From Nostoc sp. PCC 7120 = FACHB-418 (GTDB lineage Bacteria; Cyanobacteriota; Cyanobacteriia; Cyanobacteriales; Nostocaceae): DNA of 32,000 nucleotides. Both the position numbers and the translations under genes were made by a program. The notes under the pieces were generated by a model. The model worked only from the letters and a program-made list of their open reading frames with translations, was not told the DNA's origin and made no database searches. This document shows positions 1-8,882 of this stretch, piece by piece (the first letter of the stretch is position 1; the number at the start of each line of letters is the position of its first letter). The DNA lies in assembly GCF_000009705.1 (NCBI RefSeq), contig NC_003272.1, positions 3,390,001 to 3,422,000 on the forward strand, read 5' to 3'.

Positions 1-31
1 ACTTTGTCTGTTCCCTGCCAGACGACTGTAG

Positions 32-472
32 TCAAAAATTAAAACTACTACCTCTTTGGTCAATAGTTTGATTTTGTGCGGCATTAACTGCTTTTTGAAT
101 GTTTTGGTTAAAAGTTGTAGGAAATGGATGTTGCGATTTTTCTATGGTTGCTTTAATTTCTTCGAGAATTTGAGCCAAATTTTTGGGAGGATTAACTTCT
201 GCTGCTGCGGCTAATTCCTGTACAGCTTGCTTAACTTCTGGGTGCGCTTGAGTTGCTGTTTCTACATCAATTACAGCTTTACCATAATCCAGGGGTTCGT
301 CTGATGCTTTTTCAATGGCGACTACAGTCTGGGGAGAGTGTTTTCTCAAGGTGACGAGAAACTTACTAGTTTTATCCCAGAGAGTTTCACCGATTATTTC
401 CCCGGTTCTTTCTAAGGCTTTGGTGGCTAGGACTGTGCCAATGGCGATCGCCGCAGTAGTTAGTGGTTCCAT
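32..472 (-). CDS. Hypothetical small helical protein (146 aa)
   Basis: Uninterrupted ORF with ATG at 472. It has a hydrophobic N-terminal segment (MEPLTTAAIAIGTVLATKAL) followed by an Ala/Glu/Lys/Gln-rich, helical-looking sequence. I can name no motif. Any downstream partner lies beyond the left window edge. Confidence 0.5.
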   Translation of the reverse strand: MEPLTTAAIAIGTVLATKALERTGEIIGETLWDKTSKFLVTLRKHSPQTVVAIEKASDEPLDYGKAVIDVETATQAHPEVKQAVQELAAAAEVNPPKNLAQILEEIKATIEKSQHPFPTTFNQNIQKAVNAAQNQTIDQRGSSFNF

Positions 473-641
473 GTACTATTTTATTATCGGCATATCTTTT
501 ATTAACACATGGCTGGTGTGTATATTCCCGTAATTTAAGCGGGAAATTTAGATTTTCGGGGATTTTTAACGCGGAGGGTCGCGGAGGTAAGCGCAGAGGG
601 GCGCGGAGTGTAAGAGGCTGTCTGTCGGAGATTATCGTCCA

Positions 642-830
642 CAATCAACTTAGTTTCGTGACGAATCAACTTAGTTTGGTGACCAATCAACTCAGTTTCG
701 TGACCAATCAATTTAGTTTCGTGACCAATCAACTTAGTTTCGTGACCAATCAACTTAGTTTCGTGACCAATCAACTTAGTTTCGTGACCAATCAACTCAG
801 TTTCGTGACCAATCAACTTAGTTTCGTGAC
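642..830. repeat. Tandem array: 9 head-to-tail copies of a 21-bp unit CAATCAACTTAGTTTCGTGAC
   Basis: Copies counted directly at 642, 663, 684, 705, 726, 747, 768, 789 and 810. There are only 5 variant bases in total. Each unit contains the small palindrome AACT-T-AGTT. There are no spacers between units. Confidence 0.95.
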
Positions 831-892
831 CAACGCAAGTTTTTTCAGTGAGTTCACTAGCACACAGATATAACATTATGGAGTAATAAGCT

Positions 893-957
893 ATTCTGCT
901 TTTAAGTTGCATAATCAATCGTGAAGGCTGTTAACAGTCAACCGTCAACCGTCAACA
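893..957 (+). repeat. Dispersed intergenic element, copy A: ATTCTGCTTTTAAGTTG, 16 nt, GGCTGTTAACAGT, then heptamers GTCAACC x3
   Basis: The same 17-mer, the same 16-nt spacer length and the same GGCTGTT(A/G)ACAGT block recur at 27356-27417. Heptamers lie at 937-957. Confidence 0.8.
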
Positions 958-1176
958 ACTTTTATTAGTAGTTACTAGTCTTTGTGCATAAAAAACACAA
1001 GTCACATCTATTGAAATAATGTAGGGAATTTTTTCTGGAAATCAGGAATGCTGTAAGTTGAGTTTGTAGTTAACAATCACAATGCAATATCTATACAGAT
1101 ATGGCTGTAGCTTGTTTTTATTTGTGATTTCCGGTGATTTGGCTACGAGTAATTATTTAACAAAAAACGTAGGTTA

Positions 1177-1563
1177 ATGATGAATAGTCAAATTTATAGT
1201 GTAGCGATCGCATTACCAACTATATTACTCACTGCTTTGCCTAGCTTGGCAAGCAATAATTATAACGCTTCCCAGATTCAGAGACTAGATGCTAGTTACA
1301 TTGCCCAGATACCAAGCACTGGTGTAGATGAAGTATCAAGACCTAGACCCCGTGGCCCCGGTGGTCATGAAATTGAAGCCGTACAAGAAACAACTATAAT
1401 TAATCCGTCAGGATTACGGGAACGTCCTAGACCAAGAGGGCCAAAGGGTTCTGAAGACGGAATTAATGCAATACAAGGGCAATTCCTTCACTTATCACCC
1501 ACATTATTAAACCAACCCAAATTAGAAGGTGTTCAAAATTCCAAATTTAAAACTCAATATTAA
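1177..1563 (+). CDS. Small secreted hypothetical protein (128 aa) with duplicated RPRPRGP(G/K)G motif
   Basis: The N-terminus looks like a signal peptide (MMNSQIYSVAIALPTILLTALPSLASN). There are two copies of RPRPRGPxG about 30 aa apart. No recognisable domain. Confidence 0.55.
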   Translation: MMNSQIYSVAIALPTILLTALPSLASNNYNASQIQRLDASYIAQIPSTGVDEVSRPRPRGPGGHEIEAVQETTIINPSGLRERPRPRGPKGSEDGINAIQGQFLHLSPTLLNQPKLEGVQNSKFKTQY

Positions 1564-1644
1564 ACCAATTCGCAATGGACTAACGAAATGACGTAAACGT
1601 GTACTTTCACCTTCTACAATTCCCTTGACAACTTGCCAATCGCC

Positions 1645-1673
1645 AAAGTTAAGTGAGGAAAATCCTTAACTTT
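1645..1673. repeat. Palindromic hairpin AAAGTTAAG-N11-CTTAACTTT (member of the CTTAACTTTT family); possible weak terminator of the upstream gene
   Basis: A 9-bp perfect inverted repeat read directly, followed by a T-run. It lies 82 nt after the stop of the 1177-1563 ORF. Confidence 0.45.
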
Positions 1674-1767
1674 TCTACATCGACAGCCACGGGCAGTACC
1701 TCTATAAATATAGCAGTCAACTTTGTAAAGTATCGCATTAATTCAGAATTGTCAGGCAGAGATACCC

Positions 1768-4700
1768 GTGCAAAAACTAACTTCATCCTACGAATATCAA
1801 GTTGGCGGTCGTCTCAGAGTTGATGCACCTAGCTATGTAGTACGGCAGGCAGACAAAGAGCTTTACAATGCTCTCAAAGCAGGTGAGTTTTGTTACGTTC
1901 TCAACTGTCGGCAGATGGGTAAATCTAGCTTGCGGGTGCAGGTTACTAAACGTCTGCAAGAAGATGGTATTGCTTGTACAACAGTTGACCTCTCAGGAAT
2001 TGGCAACAGCAACATCACCTCTAACCAGTGGTATGCAGACATCATTATGCGACTGGTGCGGAGTTTCCAGCTTTCTACTGAAGTTAATGTTCATAATTGG
2101 TTAGGAGAAAGACAAGACCTGTCTCCAGTCGGTCGCTTGGCTGAATTATTACAATCTGTTTTACCGGAATTGATTCAGCAGCCAATTGTGATTTTCTTTG
2201 ATGAAATCGACAGTACTATTAGCTTGCCATTTAATACTGATGATTTTTTTGCCCTGATTCGTGCTTGTCACGAACATAAGCGTTTTACTTTTGCGCTGTT
2301 GGGTGTGGCTACGCCTTCCGATTTAATTACAGATAAAGCTCGCACACCGTTTAATATTGGACGAGCAATTGAGTTAAATGGGTTTAATCTGGCAGAAGTT
2401 CAACCTTTAGAAATAGGATTGGCGAATACAGTAGAAAATCCTCAAGCAGCACTGAAGGAAATACTGGCTTGGACGGGAGGTCAACCATTTTTAACTCAAA
2501 AACTTTGTCAATTAGTTACACAGCATTGGCATTGGGAAACAGGAGAACAGGGAAGCTTTTCTGCCATAGAATCCCCTTTCCTCAAGAAACTGATGCAGGA
2601 GATATTGACTCCAAGCGAGGCGATAGCTGACCAAGTATCTGCTATAGTGCGATCGCATATCGTCGAAAATTGGGCTTCCCTCGATGAACCACCCCATTTA
2701 AGAACCATCCGCGACAGATTACTTTGCCACGAACAACGCGCCAGCAGATTATTGGGACTATATCTGCAAATCTTACAAAACGATAATGTGCCTGCCGACG
2801 ATTCACCAGAAAAAATCGAATTGCTCCTATCAGGGTTAGTTGTTAAAAAACAAGGTAGCTTACAAGTTTATAATCGCATCTATCAAGAAGTTTTTAATTT
2901 AGAGTGGGTAGAGAAGCAATTAAAAAAGTTACGTCCCTACGCAGATTTAATTAACGCTTGGGTAGCCTCAAATTATCAGGATGAAACCAACCTGCTGCGA
3001 GGACAAGCCCTCAAAGATGCTCAAACTTGGGCCAAGGGCAAGAGTTTGAGTAATATGGATTATCGCTTTTTAGCCGCCAGTGAGGAACTAGAGAAACGCG
3101 AGGTACAGAGTGCGCTAATTGCATCTCAACAAGCAAACCAAATCCTTCTCACCGCCGAACAGCAAGCAAAACAAACAATTAGGCAGGGAGTGGTGAGATT
3201 ATCCGCCCTGTCTCTAGTGACTGTTTCTCTTTTGGGATTATCAGGTTTACTTACATGGCAAACCGCGCAACAAAAGCGACAAGTAAGCTTAGGCGAGATT
3301 AAAGCTTTGGCTCTCTCCTCAGAAACAGCTTTTGAGTCCCATAATAACTTTGATGCTTTACTCGAAAGTCTCAAGGCTGGTATCAAGTTAAACCAGATTG
3401 GTTGGAAAAACGCAGATACAGAATTACAGGTGCAGGTAGAAAAGAATTTACGTCAGTCTCTATATTGGGTACGTGAACGCAATCGTTTAGTAGGTCATGG
3501 GGATGTAGTCACAAGAGTTAAATTTAGCCCCGATGGAGAAAAACTCGCCAGTGCCAGTTGGGATAAAACCGTGAAAATTTGGCAGCGTGACGGTAAATTA
3601 TTGCATACCTTGCGTGGTCATACGGATGCAGTGTGGAGCGTTAATTTTAGCCCTGACGGCAAAATGTTGGTCAGTGCTAGTCGAGATAAAACCGTGAAAG
3701 TCTGGCGTGTGGAGGATGGTCAAGAAATTGCCACCTTAACTCATCAAAATTGGGTAGCGTGTATCGGATTTAGCCCTGATAGTAAGACAGTGGCATCAAT
3801 GGAATGGAATGGGACAATGAGACTCTGGAACCTCCAAGGACAGGAGTTAAAATCTTTCCCTACCCATAAAGCCCCAGTTGTTGCTGTCCATTTCAGCCCC
3901 AAGGGAAACATGATTGCTACCGCTAGTCGAGATGGTACAGCAAAGGTTTGGTCTTTAGATGGCAAAGAATTATTGTCTCTGGGAGGCCATAAGAATTGGG
4001 TAATGTATGTTAATTTCAGTGAGGATGGCAAAAACCTAGTAACAGCAAGTCGAGACAAAACCGCGAAAATTTGGGATTTACAAGGGAAAGAACTAGCAAC
4101 ACTACGCGGTCATAGTGATACCGTTGCTAGTGCAGTATTCAGCCGCGACGGTCAAACTATTGCTACTGCAAGCTCGGATAAAACCGTGCGACTCTGGAAC
4201 CGCAAAGGCGAAGAATTGCAAGTTTTTTGGGGACATACCGATGCTGTTTGGGGTGTCAACTTAAGCAAAGATGGAAAACTTCTAGTTAGCAGTGGCGAAG
4301 ATGGGACGGTGAGATTGTGGAATATGGAAAACGGGGAAGCCGGAAAATTTCAATCCCTAAGTTTCAATCTTGGTGAAGCTGCGGCAGGAACTATTAGTTT
4401 TAGCCCTGATGGTAAAATTTTGGGTACAACTGGTCGTTACACAATGGCGAAACTCTGGAATCACCAAGGACAAGAACTAGTAACACTTAACGGTCATAGC
4501 GACACCTTAAGAAGTCTGCAATTCAGCCCAGATGGACAGATTATCGCTACCGCCAGCCGAGATAAAACAGTCAAACTGTGGAATTTAAATGGTAAAGAAA
4601 GAGCAACTTTGCACGGACATCAAGCAGATGTCAGAAGCGCAACTTTCAGCCCCGACAGTAAAACCATCGCTAGTGCAAGCTGGGATACAACAGTTAAACT

Positions 4701-5337
4701 GTGGAATTTGAATGGTAGAGAAATCATGACTTTGCGCGGACATCAAGCCGGCGTGAGAAATGTTAGTTTCAGTCCTGATGACCAAATTATCGCTACCGCA
4801 AGTGAAGATGGAACGGCTAAACTCTGGAATCGCCAGGGACAAGAACTAGTTACCCTCAAAGGACATCAAGCAGGGATACAGGCTGTAAGCTTCAGTCCTG
4901 ATAGTCAAGTTATCGCCACAGCCAGTAAAGATAAAACCGTGAAACTCTGGAACCGACAGGGGAAAGAGCTATTGACTCTGCTGGGACACAGAGGTGAGGT
5001 GAATGCTGTAAGTTTTAGCCCGAATAGAGAAACCATTGCTACAGCCAGTGAAGACATGACAGTCAAGCTGTGGAACCTTAAAGGAGGACAGATGCAAACC
5101 CTTTCAGGTCTTGATGCTGGAGTTAAAAGCGTGAGTTTTAGCCCAGATGGAAAGGTTTTGGCTTCCTCTGATTCCCTGGGTAAAGTCACTCTCTGGAATT
5201 TAGATTTTGATTCCAGTCCTGAGAAATTGTTGGCGCAGGCTTGTAATTGCGTGAGGGATTATTTACTCAATAGTGCAGATATCAAAGAGCATGAGAGGGT
5301 TTTGTGCGATAAGCTCGGTACAGTAAAAGCATTATAG
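1768..5337 (+). CDS. AAA_35-type (STAND-like) P-loop NTPase, single TM helix, 14 WD40 repeats (1189 aa)
   Basis: GTG start at 1768. Walker A is NCRQMGKSS and Walker B is IVIFFDEID, set in the YEYQVGG...GGQPFLTQK context typical of the cyanobacterial AAA-like domain. A hydrophobic helix [20 protein letters not shown] lies at about nt 3200-3260. There are 14 units of the type FSPDG...ASxDKTVKLW with a 41-42 aa period, from about nt 3490 to 5220. Confidence 0.9.
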   Translation: MQKLTSSYEYQVGGRLRVDAPSYVVRQADKELYNALKAGEFCYVLNCRQMGKSSLRVQVTKRLQEDGIACTTVDLSGIGNSNITSNQWYADIIMRLVRSFQLSTEVNVHNWLGERQDLSPVGRLAELLQSVLPELIQQPIVIFFDEIDSTISLPFNTDDFFALIRACHEHKRFTFALLGVATPSDLITDKARTPFNIGRAIELNGFNLAEVQPLEIGLANTVENPQAALKEILAWTGGQPFLTQKLCQLVTQHWHWETGEQGSFSAIESPFLKKLMQEILTPSEAIADQVSAIVRSHIVENWASLDEPPHLRTIRDRLLCHEQRASRLLGLYLQILQNDNVPADDSPEKIELLLSGLVVKKQGSLQVYNRIYQEVFNLEWVEKQLKKLRPYADLINAWVASNYQDETNLLRGQALKDAQTWAKGKSLSNMDYRFLAASEELEKREVQSALIASQQANQILLTAEQQAKQTIRQGVVRLSALSLVTVSLLGLSGLLTWQTAQQKRQVSLGEIKALALSSETAFESHNNFDALLESLKAGIKLNQIGWKNADTELQVQVEKNLRQSLYWVRERNRLVGHGDVVTRVKFSPDGEKLASASWDKTVKIWQRDGKLLHTLRGHTDAVWSVNFSPDGKMLVSASRDKTVKVWRVEDGQEIATLTHQNWVACIGFSPDSKTVASMEWNGTMRLWNLQGQELKSFPTHKAPVVAVHFSPKGNMIATASRDGTAKVWSLDGKELLSLGGHKNWVMYVNFSEDGKNLVTASRDKTAKIWDLQGKELATLRGHSDTVASAVFSRDGQTIATASSDKTVRLWNRKGEELQVFWGHTDAVWGVNLSKDGKLLVSSGEDGTVRLWNMENGEAGKFQSLSFNLGEAAAGTISFSPDGKILGTTGRYTMAKLWNHQGQELVTLNGHSDTLRSLQFSPDGQIIATASRDKTVKLWNLNGKERATLHGHQADVRSATFSPDSKTIASASWDTTVKLWNLNGREIMTLRGHQAGVRNVSFSPDDQIIATASEDGTAKLWNRQGQELVTLKGHQAGIQAVSFSPDSQVIATASKDKTVKLWNRQGKELLTLLGHRGEVNAVSFSPNRETIATASEDMTVKLWNLKGGQMQTLSGLDAGVKSVSFSPDGKVLASSDSLGKVTLWNLDFDSSPEKLLAQACNCVRDYLLNSADIKEHERVLCDKLGTVKAL

Positions 5338-5351
5338 TCAGTAACTCATCG

Positions 5352-6545
5352 TTAAACAGCAGAAATATTATTTCTAGCAAGAGGATGAAGCCGATTTGTT
5401 AAAGCTTCTAATTCACCGCCAGCAAGCAGCAATTCAATCACTTCACGACCTTGAGAAATAAAGGTTTCAACTTGCTCTTCAAAGGTGATAGTACCTCGAA
5501 ATACTTCAGCTAAAGGTTTCCTGAGATGAAGAGGATGCCAACGATTTGGTTTCGCTACTTCAAATATGTGATCGTGAAAATCCCATTTACCGAAATTGCT
5601 TTTCAATCTTGAGCGTAATTTAGTATATTCATCAGAATGCAAAAAATGTCCTTCAAATGATTTCCATTTGTGTATATCAAAAGTTATAATCAAGCAGAAA
5701 TCGGGACTTAAATAGGGCTTGGAAGGCTGCACACGATGATCAGAACCATCTAAAAGAGTACCAATGAATATACCTGGAAACCACCCATCCAAAATATCTA
5801 ATCCTAATCGTCCCCACTGATATTTCACTTCCATAAAAGGAATAGGTGCATCTTTATTAAATCCAATTTTTTCTGCTACCCAACGCCAATCTGCTTCAGC
5901 AGCGCGTAATGTTATGTTTTTCAGATTAGGTATTAATGATTGAGCAGGTAAATAAGAAATTATACTTTCATAAGAAACTGGTGCTGCTGGGCCTAAATTC
6001 TCCTCTGCAAGCATATCTATAAAATCATGAACTAGACTATCTTCTGATTTTGTTTCTAACCAATGTTTCAAAAACCTATATACATCACTCCAATTCAGAG
6101 CTAAATCAGGCTGTTGTTCATGTTGTCGAGTTAATCCAGTAATTAGAATTAATTTGTATCCTTGTGACCATTTCAAATTTGCTTCTGCATATTCACGATA
6201 TTTATCTAATTGACCTGGATGTAAATATGACCATACCTTGTGTTCAAATATCAAGGCAAATTTTCCAAAATCTGCCACCATATCTATTTGTCCACCAGGA
6301 AATGTATATTGAGTTTTCCACTCAGGTAATATGTGAGTTAAAGGAAGAGGTTCTGGTAATTTTTGATTGAGATAATCTACAAATTCACGCGCCAGCAACT
6401 CTTTATTTCTCAAAAGCCAAGCAAAACCTTCAGTAATAAAATTCTCAATTGGATCGAGTTCTTGGCTTTTGGGATATTTACGTAATGCGCTAAACAAGCT
6501 ATCTGACACGCCTGTATCCTCCATAGCTTTAAAGGTGTCTACCAT
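5352..6545 (-). CDS. PD-(D/E)XK (RecB/Cas4-like) nuclease-fold protein with uncharacterised C-terminal half (397 aa)
   Basis: The N-terminal region carries, in order, E (ENFITEGFAWLL), D (GGQIDMV), ExK (LIFEHKVW) and QxxxY (GQLDKY). This is the classic RecB-family arrangement, at about nt 6200-6440. The C-terminal roughly 230 aa has no motif I recognise. The stop lies 14 nt from the stop of the convergent AAA_35-WD40 gene. Confidence 0.7.
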   Translation of the reverse strand: MVDTFKAMEDTGVSDSLFSALRKYPKSQELDPIENFITEGFAWLLRNKELLAREFVDYLNQKLPEPLPLTHILPEWKTQYTFPGGQIDMVADFGKFALIFEHKVWSYLHPGQLDKYREYAEANLKWSQGYKLILITGLTRQHEQQPDLALNWSDVYRFLKHWLETKSEDSLVHDFIDMLAEENLGPAAPVSYESIISYLPAQSLIPNLKNITLRAAEADWRWVAEKIGFNKDAPIPFMEVKYQWGRLGLDILDGWFPGIFIGTLLDGSDHRVQPSKPYLSPDFCLIITFDIHKWKSFEGHFLHSDEYTKLRSRLKSNFGKWDFHDHIFEVAKPNRWHPLHLRKPLAEVFRGTITFEEQVETFISQGREVIELLLAGGELEALTNRLHPLARNNISAV

Positions 6546-6734
6546 AACATACAGGCTAAGTAATGTCGTCAGGCGATCGCACTACACTCAACAATTACGT
6601 TATCTAAAGCGCGCAAAAAGAAGCTTTCCGCCGTCAAGTAATCTTCATCGAGATACCAACGACCCAGTTTATTGTAAGTCTGCAAATTTTATATTGATAC
6701 AAACACTATTCTACGCACTTTTGCAATTCGTAGT

Positions 6735-8780
6735 TTATGCAAACAAGAACTGTGCAGTATTGCCAGATGCCAGATTTAACCCGATGTTATCTGAGGTAAA
6801 TCCCCCGACACCGCGTAACTCGGCTAATAACTCACCTGAACCAAATCCTGTATTTCCAGTCACCCCGTCACCTAAATGGAAATAGGTATTGCGGCCATGC
6901 ACCACTACATCGATCGCCTCGATACCTTCAAATTGCAATAAATCTCCGCCTGCACCACGCTGGAACTGATGGATCACATCACTGCCATCACCTTGACGAT
7001 ATATTACTGTATCAATGTGGCGATCACTTCCCAAATACAGGGTATCGTTTCCTAGCCCACCTACGAGAATATCAGTACCTGTTCCAGCATAAAGGATATC
7101 ATTACCTTCACCACCGCGCAAAATATCATCGCCACTCAAACCCCCAATAATGTCATTACCACCTTGACCGTTGATGACATCATCGGAGTTGTCAAAGCCA
7201 CGTACATGATTATCTAAATCATTCAGGAAGGTGACGGTGTTGCGATTCCAAATTCTGTTTTGCGTGGAGTCTGCGTCAAAGACATCAAAACTATCTTGCA
7301 GGGTTTCATCACCATCAAACATGATGTTACCAATCTGACCATGCTGACCACCAGGAATCGGCAAGTTATCCAGGTTTTCTAAAGCAAAGTCCTTGAGAAT
7401 CACTTGGGTATCATCAACCCCTTCAAAACTGACAACTAAATCATCACCAGTTTGGGTAAGGAGCAAGTTTTTGGCAACTAAACCCTCTCCTGTAAATATG
7501 AGTTCATCAAAGGTTTCCCGCACTTCCAGCGAGGGATTGCTTCCCCGTCCTACTCCCTGAAACCCTTCTACCTCAATAGTGCGATCGCCACGGTTGACTT
7601 TAACTGGATAGATATTGCTATCAGGATTCGCCGTTGATGCAGAATTTTGGATGAAACGCACTCCACCCATATCCCGCAATAGACCACCTGATTGAACAAA
7701 GATTGCGCCCCCACGGCCTTGACCATTTTGAAAGCCACTACCACCAACAGCAGAATTGAAGAGAAATGAACTGTTCCTGACGTTGAAGGTGGCGCTGTTA
7801 GAGACAAAGACTGCACCTCCTAAACCTGCACCACCGCCGCCTTGTCCTCCCACACCGCCGTTACCTGGACTGTTGCCGTTAAAGGTTGAGCGACCATTAC
7901 CTCCATTCGCCCCATCGCGTCCAGCCCCAGCAAATGCGCCAGCTGCACCCCCAAGACCACCAGCACCACCGGGGCGAGCTTGTCCTCCCAACACGTTAGC
8001 ACCGCCGCCACCACCACCGCCGCCGCCACCACCGCCACCACCATAGCCACCAAAACCACCGCCGCCGCCACCAGTAGCATTTCGGAAAGCACCAGCACCG
8101 CCAGCACCGCCACCTCCGCCGCCGCCACTACCGCCACCAACACCAAAGCCTCCTGAGCTACCACTCACACCGCCACCAGCTCCCAAGCCTGTACTTCCGA
8201 CTATCCGACCAGCAGCACCACCGTTACCCCCACTAGTTGGGACTATACCTCCAATGGCAAAGAAACTTGGTAAGCCACCACTACCACCAGGAAAGCCATT
8301 GCTCCCAGCCGAGGAATCATTTCCACCCCGCCCACCGTCGCCACGACCAGTAAAACTATTACCTCCGACTGCTCGGTTATCAAAAAACACAACATTATCT
8401 GCTGTGACATTAGCACCTGGATTCAGAAACAGGCCACCTCCAGCACCTAAACCGCCACCGCCACCCCGACTACCGTTGCCTCCTTGAGCAAGACCCCTGT
8501 TAATCTGCAAATTATTAAATGTAACAGTGCTGTTATCAATCAGAAATAGGGAAGTGCGCCCCTGTCCATTGAAGCCAGTAAAACTAGTGCCATTCCCCTG
8601 AAAGTTAATGCTATTGCCTTGTCTGATGACAACTGGACTATTTAAGAGAGCAATGCCATTAATAGCGATCGTATCTGTTCCTGGTAAGGCTTCGGCGGCT
8701 GTGACAGCTTCTCGTAGGCTCAACAGCCCATCATTAGGATTAACAACATCATTGAGTGTAGTAACGGTAAAAGTTGCCAT
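6735..8780 (-). CDS. Gly-rich secreted RTX-type protein (681 aa): N-terminal CSLREA-like beta-helix start, poly-Gly core, C-terminal Ca-binding GGxGxD repeats
   Basis: The N-terminus is TVTTLNDVVNPNDGLLSLREAV. There are long GGxGG runs including about 14 consecutive Gly. Nonapeptide repeats GGNDIIGGLSGDDILRGGEGNDILYAGTGTDILVGGLGNDTLYLG lie at about nt 7025-7170. There is no N-terminal signal peptide, which fits a type I secretion substrate. Confidence 0.85.
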   Translation of the reverse strand: MATFTVTTLNDVVNPNDGLLSLREAVTAAEALPGTDTIAINGIALLNSPVVIRQGNSINFQGNGTSFTGFNGQGRTSLFLIDNSTVTFNNLQINRGLAQGGNGSRGGGGGLGAGGGLFLNPGANVTADNVVFFDNRAVGGNSFTGRGDGGRGGNDSSAGSNGFPGGSGGLPSFFAIGGIVPTSGGNGGAAGRIVGSTGLGAGGGVSGSSGGFGVGGGSGGGGGGGAGGAGAFRNATGGGGGGFGGYGGGGGGGGGGGGGGANVLGGQARPGGAGGLGGAAGAFAGAGRDGANGGNGRSTFNGNSPGNGGVGGQGGGGAGLGGAVFVSNSATFNVRNSSFLFNSAVGGSGFQNGQGRGGAIFVQSGGLLRDMGGVRFIQNSASTANPDSNIYPVKVNRGDRTIEVEGFQGVGRGSNPSLEVRETFDELIFTGEGLVAKNLLLTQTGDDLVVSFEGVDDTQVILKDFALENLDNLPIPGGQHGQIGNIMFDGDETLQDSFDVFDADSTQNRIWNRNTVTFLNDLDNHVRGFDNSDDVINGQGGNDIIGGLSGDDILRGGEGNDILYAGTGTDILVGGLGNDTLYLGSDRHIDTVIYRQGDGSDVIHQFQRGAGGDLLQFEGIEAIDVVVHGRNTYFHLGDGVTGNTGFGSGELLAELRGVGGFTSDNIGLNLASGNTAQFLFA

Positions 8781-8882
8781 GTGAGTATCCTTTGATTAAT
8801 AAATGTAGGCAGAATAGGGAATATCACCACCTTTGGAGAAGCGGCGTTACATTTAGTTTTAATTTGTGGATTTTAAGAAAAA

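Noticed and set aside
642-830. Possible CRISPR array
   Set aside because: The units are directly adjacent with no spacers, the period is 21 bp, and no cas genes are present in the window. This is a simple tandem repeat.
535-918. 127-codon minus-strand ORF (HETKLIG repeats) across the 21-bp tandem array
   Set aside because: It is open only because the repeat unit is a multiple of 3. Every inter-copy substitution is non-synonymous in this frame. Outside the array the translation looks like non-coding DNA. The plus-strand ORF 463-873 is not fully rejected; see the finding at 642-830.
6469-6885. 138-codon plus-strand ORF spanning the nuclease start, the spacer and the RTX 3' end
   Set aside because: It overlaps two well-supported minus-strand genes in antisense and crosses an intergenic region. 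It has no recognisable features.
7756-8487. ORFs 7756-8046 (+), 7820-8164 (-), 8254-8487 (+) and 7568-7816 (-), encoding poly-Pro or poly-Ala/Val proteins
   Set aside because: These are antisense or out-of-frame readings of the GGN-rich core of the RTX gene. Their low-complexity translations are an artefact of triplet repeats.
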